From Myxococcota bacterium (GTDB taxonomy: Bacteria > Myxococcota_A > UBA9160 > UBA6930), in contig OZ245002.1 of NCBI GenBank assembly GCA_965223415.1, forward strand, positions 2,784,001 to 2,848,000: a stretch of 64,000 nt of DNA. Direction: 5' to 3'. Positions 59,900-64,000 of this stretch are shown piece after piece. The translations under genes and the position numbers were made by a program. Below the pieces are notes generated by a model, which saw nothing but the letters and a program-made list of their open reading frames with translations, was not told the DNA's origin and searched no databases. How positions within the stretch are numbered: position 1 is the stretch's first letter; each line of letters opens with the position of its first letter.

Positions 59900-60966
59900 A
59901 AGAACACCTTCGCCAGCCGCAGGATCCCCTGGTCCCACGGCACCCGGTGCGACACGCCGGACGCCCCTTCGAAGCTCTCCAGGTTCGCCAGGTACCAGTC
60001 GTAGTTCCGCACCATGGCGTCGATATTCGAGTACTTCGGGGCGTAGCCGAGCTTCTCTTCCGCCTTCTCGATGCTGACGAAGGAGTCCTTCGAAGCGGTC
60101 TCGTAGACCCACTTGTAGAGGGGCGAGAGCTTGAGCGCTTCGAGGATGCGCAGGGCCCAGATGACCGGGGCGGCCGGGAAGCCGCGGACCCTCTTGCCGA
60201 AGCCCGCGCGGTCGAGGACGGCCTGGTAGTCGTCCCGCATCGTCGTGAACTCCTTCGAGCCGATGTTGAAGGTGTCGTCGGCGAGCTCGGCGGGCTTCGT
60301 CAGGCACAGGTGGATGGCCTGGCAGAGGTCCTCGACGTCGAGGAGCTGGTATCGGTTCCTGCCGTTGCCGATCATCGGGAAGCCGTGGCCGTCCTTCGCC
60401 CAGTCGAAGAGCAGGGCGAAGACACCGAGGCGCTCCGGACCGACGAAGGACTTCGGGCGGATGATGGGCACGCACATGCCCTTCTCGCGGAAGCCGGCGC
60501 AGACCTCCTCGGCTTGCACCTTGGCGATGCCGTAGGGGCCGACGCCGTGGAGGTGATCGTCCTCGCGCAGGGGATGGTGGTCGGGGATGCCGTAGACCGC
60601 GGTCGAGGAGATGTGGACGGCCCGCTCTACACCGTGGGCGTGGGCGGACTCGAAGACCGTCCGCGAGCCGTCGATGTCCGTGGAGAAGATGTCCTCCTCC
60701 GTGTAGAGGGGCAGCGCCGCCGCGGTGTGGACCACCAGGTCGGCGCCCTCCATGGCCCGGTCGACGTCGGCGCGGCTCCGGATGTCGCCGGTCACCTCGC
60801 GGATGCGGTCCCGGCAGTCCACGTAGTCGAAGGGCGCGACGTCGAGGGAGGTCACCTCATAGCCACGCTCGAGCAGGTAACGGGTGAGGTTGATGCCGAG
60901 GAAGCCGGCACCGCCGGTGATCATCACCCGGGCGCCCGCGGTCGGGCCTGCGTTGGCGTCAGTCAT
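59896..60966 (-). CDS. NAD-dependent epimerase/dehydratase
   Basis: TGGAGFLG, SSTAVYG and YGIAK motifs. Confidence 0.92.
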   Translation of the reverse strand: MTDANAGPTAGARVMITGGAGFLGINLTRYLLERGYEVTSLDVAPFDYVDCRDRIREVTGDIRSRADVDRAMEGADLVVHTAAALPLYTEEDIFSTDIDGSRTVFESAHAHGVERAVHISSTAVYGIPDHHPLREDDHLHGVGPYGIAKVQAEEVCAGFREKGMCVPIIRPKSFVGPERLGVFALLFDWAKDGHGFPMIGNGRNRYQLLDVEDLCQAIHLCLTKPAELADDTFNIGSKEFTTMRDDYQAVLDRAGFGKRVRGFPAAPVIWALRILEALKLSPLYKWVYETASKDSFVSIEKAEEKLGYAPKYSNIDAMVRNYDWYLANLESFEGASGVSHRVPWDQGILRLAKVFF

Positions 60967-61174
60967 GGTCCTTGGGGGTTCCTCTGGGCGGCCCTGTGGC
61001 GGGGCGGGCCAACATACGGGGGCCCTTCGACGTGTCAACGGACGCGCTTGAGCCGGCGCTGCGATCCGCGCCGGCGGCGCCCGCGCCCGGCTCCTCCCTG
61101 CTCCCCCGGCTACATTCGCGCCCCCGCCCCGCCGATGGGTACGGGGCCGGCGTCCGGGAGGGCGGCACCACACG

Positions 61175-62644
61175 ATGCGCGGCTATCCCACGGTCTACCT
61201 GATGCTCTCCCTGTGGGTCCCCATCAGCGTGGCCTTCTTCGCCTTCATGCGGCCGCAGCGGGCGCTCCTGTGTGCGCTCCTCGGCGGCATCCTGGTGTTG
61301 CCGGAGAACCGCGGCTTCGACGTTTCGGGACTGCCCGCGATCGGCAAGCTCGAGATCGCGAGCATCGGGGCGCTGTTCGGAGCCTTCGTGTTCCGGGCCC
61401 GGGAGCTGACCCGGAACCGCATCGGCTTCGGGCTCGAAGCGCTGTTCCTCCTGGCGATCCCCTTCGCCCTCGGCACGGTCCTGACCAACCAGGACCCGAC
61501 GGGCGGGGCCTTCCGTTGGTTCCCGGGCCTGCGGCCCTACGACGCGGCCAGCCCGATCTTCCGCGACCTCCTGATGCTGGGGATCCCGTTCGTGCTGGGC
61601 CGGGCGTTCTTCCGCACGCCCGCGGCGATCCGGGAGCTCTTCGTCGGGCTCCTGGTCGCGGCCCTGATCTACTCCCTCGGAGCGCTCTGGGAAGCGCGCA
61701 TGAGCCCTCATCTCAACTTCTACACGTACGGCTTCATGCAGCACTCCTTCGCCCAAACCTACCGCGAGGGAGGTTGGCGCCCGATGGTGTTCATGGCCCA
61801 TGGGCTGGCCCTCTCCCTCTTCCTCTGCGTGGGGTTCCTGACGTCGATCGGCGCCTACCGGGGCCGGCTCCGGGCGCTGGGCCTGCCCTCGGTCGCCGCC
61901 GTGCCGTACCTGGCGGTCGTGCTGCTCCTGTGCCGCAGCTTCGCCGCGATCGTGTACGGCCTCGGCGTGGCGCCGATCCTGCTGTGGGGGCGCGCGCGGC
62001 TGGTCGGCCTGGTGGCCGTCGGCCTGACGGCACTCGTGATCACATACCCGCTCCTGCGCGCCGCCGATCTCTTCCCGACCGGAGCCCTCGTCGAGCTCGC
62101 CGCCTCGGTGAGCGAGGATCGGGCGAAATCCCTGGAAGTGCGCTTCGAGAACGAGGACGGCCTGATCGACCGGGCGAGTGAGCGGATCTGGTTCGGCTGG
62201 GGAGGGTTCGGGCGCAGCACCTACAGCGGCGAGATGAAGCCCCTGGTCACCGACGGCTACTGGATCCTGCGCATGAGCGAGCGGGGAATCCTCGGCCTGG
62301 GGCTGTTCTACACCTTCATGCTGGTTCCGATCTTCCGGAGCTGGCGGGCGATCCCACGCTGCCGAAACCGCCAGGACGCCCACCTGTTGGCAGCCCTGGC
62401 GCTGATCGTGGCGGTCCAGGCGGTCGATACGCTCCCGAACGGCTTGTTCCACCACCTGCCGCTGCTGCTCGCCGGCGCGGTGCACGGCCTCGCGACGACC
62501 CTGCCGAGGCGGGCAAAGCAGCCGGAGCGGGCGGTCGCGCCGGCGCCCCCGGAGCACACGCCGCTGGCCCGCCCGGCCTCCACCACGACCGCCGGGCTGG
62601 CGAAGGGCCGACGGCTCGCTGGGCCCGGCGAAGGGCACCGATGA
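61175..62644 (+). CDS. O-antigen ligase / Wzy-like polysaccharide membrane protein
   Basis: Multiple TM segments, WRP.VFM.HGL, RA.SL..R and FGWGG..R...TDGYW motifs. Confidence 0.75.
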   Translation: MRGYPTVYLMLSLWVPISVAFFAFMRPQRALLCALLGGILVLPENRGFDVSGLPAIGKLEIASIGALFGAFVFRARELTRNRIGFGLEALFLLAIPFALGTVLTNQDPTGGAFRWFPGLRPYDAASPIFRDLLMLGIPFVLGRAFFRTPAAIRELFVGLLVAALIYSLGALWEARMSPHLNFYTYGFMQHSFAQTYREGGWRPMVFMAHGLALSLFLCVGFLTSIGAYRGRLRALGLPSVAAVPYLAVVLLLCRSFAAIVYGLGVAPILLWGRARLVGLVAVGLTALVITYPLLRAADLFPTGALVELAASVSEDRAKSLEVRFENEDGLIDRASERIWFGWGGFGRSTYSGEMKPLVTDGYWILRMSERGILGLGLFYTFMLVPIFRSWRAIPRCRNRQDAHLLAALALIVAVQAVDTLPNGLFHHLPLLLAGAVHGLATTLPRRAKQPERAVAPAPPEHTPLARPASTTTAGLAKGRRLAGPGEGHR

Positions 62645-63594
62645 AGCTCCTCTGCGTCACGGTCAATTTCCGCACTCCGGAGCTGACCCTCCGGCTGCTG
62701 GAGAGCCTGACCGAAGCCCTGGATGGGCTCGATGCCGCGATCACCGTGGTCGAGAACCACTCCGGAGACCACTCGGAAGCGACCCTGCGCCGCGGGATCG
62801 GAGCCCTGCGAGGCGGGGCACCGGTGCGGCTGCTCTGCAGCGACCGCAACCTCGGCTTCGGAGGCGGGAACAACCTCGCCATCCGCGCCGCCCTCGCCGA
62901 GCCCGAGCTGCCGGACGTCATCCACCTGATCAACCCGGACGCGGTGCCCGAGCCGGACGCCCTGCACAACATGCTGGCGTTCCTCGAGAGCCACCCCCGC
63001 GTCGGAGTCGCGGGCAGCGCCGTCATCGACGGGACGGGCGCGCTCCACAGCTCGGCCTTTCGCTTCCCCAGCCCGCTGGGAGAGCTGGAGGGCCGCTTCC
63101 GACTCGGCCCCGTCTCGCGCCTTCTCGAGCCCTGGCGCGTCCCCCTGACGCCGGGAGGTGTCGCTCGTCCGGTCGACTGGGTGTCCGGCTCGAGCTGCGC
63201 GCTCACGAGGGAGATGCTGGAGCGCATCGGCCTCTTCGACGAGGGGTTCTTCCTCTACTTCGAGGAGACCGATCTCTGCCGCCGGGCCAGGGCGGCGGGC
63301 TACGAAGTCTGGACGGTGCCGGAGAGCCTGGTGCATCACACCGGGGCGGTGGCCACCGGCCTCAACGAGCACACGAGCCGGCGGCCTCCCTACTGGTTCG
63401 CTTCCCGCCGCAGGTACTTCCGCAAGCACCACGGGCGATGGGTCGCGGCGCTCGCCGATGCCGCCTGGCTGCTCGGGAGCCTTGGCTTCGGCGCCAAGCG
63501 CCTGCTCACCCGCGAGCCCCAGAACGAGCCGCCCAAGCTCGTGTCCGACTTCCTCCGTCACAGCCTCGGTCTCTTGGACGGAGAGAGCCATTGA
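62641..63594 (+). CDS. Glycosyltransferase family 2
   Basis: VENHSGD, NLGFGGGNN, INPD and FDEGFFLYFEETDLC motifs. Confidence 0.92.
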   Translation: MKLLCVTVNFRTPELTLRLLESLTEALDGLDAAITVVENHSGDHSEATLRRGIGALRGGAPVRLLCSDRNLGFGGGNNLAIRAALAEPELPDVIHLINPDAVPEPDALHNMLAFLESHPRVGVAGSAVIDGTGALHSSAFRFPSPLGELEGRFRLGPVSRLLEPWRVPLTPGGVARPVDWVSGSSCALTREMLERIGLFDEGFFLYFEETDLCRRARAAGYEVWTVPESLVHHTGAVATGLNEHTSRRPPYWFASRRRYFRKHHGRWVAALADAAWLLGSLGFGAKRLLTREPQNEPPKLVSDFLRHSLGLLDGESH

Positions 63595-63637
63595 TCGTTC
63601 ACCCCACAGGGCGGGAATCCACGGAGGAGGACCGCCG

Positions 63638-64000
63638 TTGACGGGATCCGAATCGGGTGAACCTCGCCAGGCGAAGCCCTCGCTCGCCACCGGGCTCCTG
63701 GCGCTCGTGATCGGGCTGCTGCTCGCCGCGTTGCTGACGGAGCTCGTGGTCCTGATCGTCTTCGGGGAGCAGCCGAAGTTCCCGAGGCACGTCGTCGGCG
63801 CACCCTGGGGCCTGCGGTACAACGAGCCCGACAGCCACTATCGCCACAAGTCCGGGGACGGGACCTTCTGGTTCCGCATCAACGGGCAGGGAATGCGGTC
63901 CGAGCGCGACTTCGCGTACGAGAAGCCCGAGGGTACCGCCCGCATCGTGTCCCTCGGGGATTCCTTCACCGTGGGATACGAAGTGGCTGCGGAGGAGTGC
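63638..64000 (+). CDS. SGNH/GDSL hydrolase-like protein, 5' part (runs off the window)
   Basis: GGAGG RBS, TTG start, TM segment, INGQGMR...RIVSLGDSFTVG. Confidence 0.8.
   Translation, partial: MTGSESGEPRQAKPSLATGLLALVIGLLLAALLTELVVLIVFGEQPKFPRHVVGAPWGLRYNEPDSHYRHKSGDGTFWFRINGQGMRSERDFAYEKPEGTARIVSLGDSFTVGYEVAAEEC

Noticed and set aside
57034..62181. 1715-aa ORF and other very long alternative-frame ORFs (e.g. 37548-41060 minus, 52904-55435 plus)
   Set aside because: Arg/Gly/Pro-rich or antisense shadow frames caused by stop-codon scarcity at high GC; they overlap well-supported genes.

Overview
A 64-kb window of very GC-rich bacterial chromosome. Gene content and style suggest a Myxococcota/deltaproteobacterial lineage (inference). 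It holds about 60 mostly housekeeping or metabolic CDSs: the 5' end of proS, ilvE-IclR, rnd, pepP, acs, an M23-sfsA-mutY-smr-aroC run, a TetR-RND-EthD-Coq4 operon, an E1a/E1b/E2 2-oxoacid dehydrogenase with an XRE regulator and methionine gamma-lyase, a ClC channel, a TPP riboswitch with thiC, a divergent orphan DnaA paralogue, cofG/cofH, a sulfite reductase hemoprotein, a GGDEF protein and the start of a polysaccharide cluster. Mobile or repeat DNA comprises one apparently intact IS1380-family element (16-bp TIRs, CTAG target duplication) and two copies of a long perfect AT-rich palindrome wedged between convergent stop codons. The most interesting signal is an unannotated minus-strand transcription unit between rnd and pepP: candidate enhancer palindromes, a perfect IHF site, a sigma54-type -24/-12 promoter, a ~190-nt three-way-junction RNA and an intrinsic terminator. 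This looks like a sigma54-dependent small RNA next to RNase D. Also notable are a DnaA paralogue lacking the arginine finger and the DnaA-box recognition motif, and a pervasive leaderless-mRNA signature. No CRISPR array, rRNA or tRNA was seen. All calls come from reading the sequence; no searches were run.
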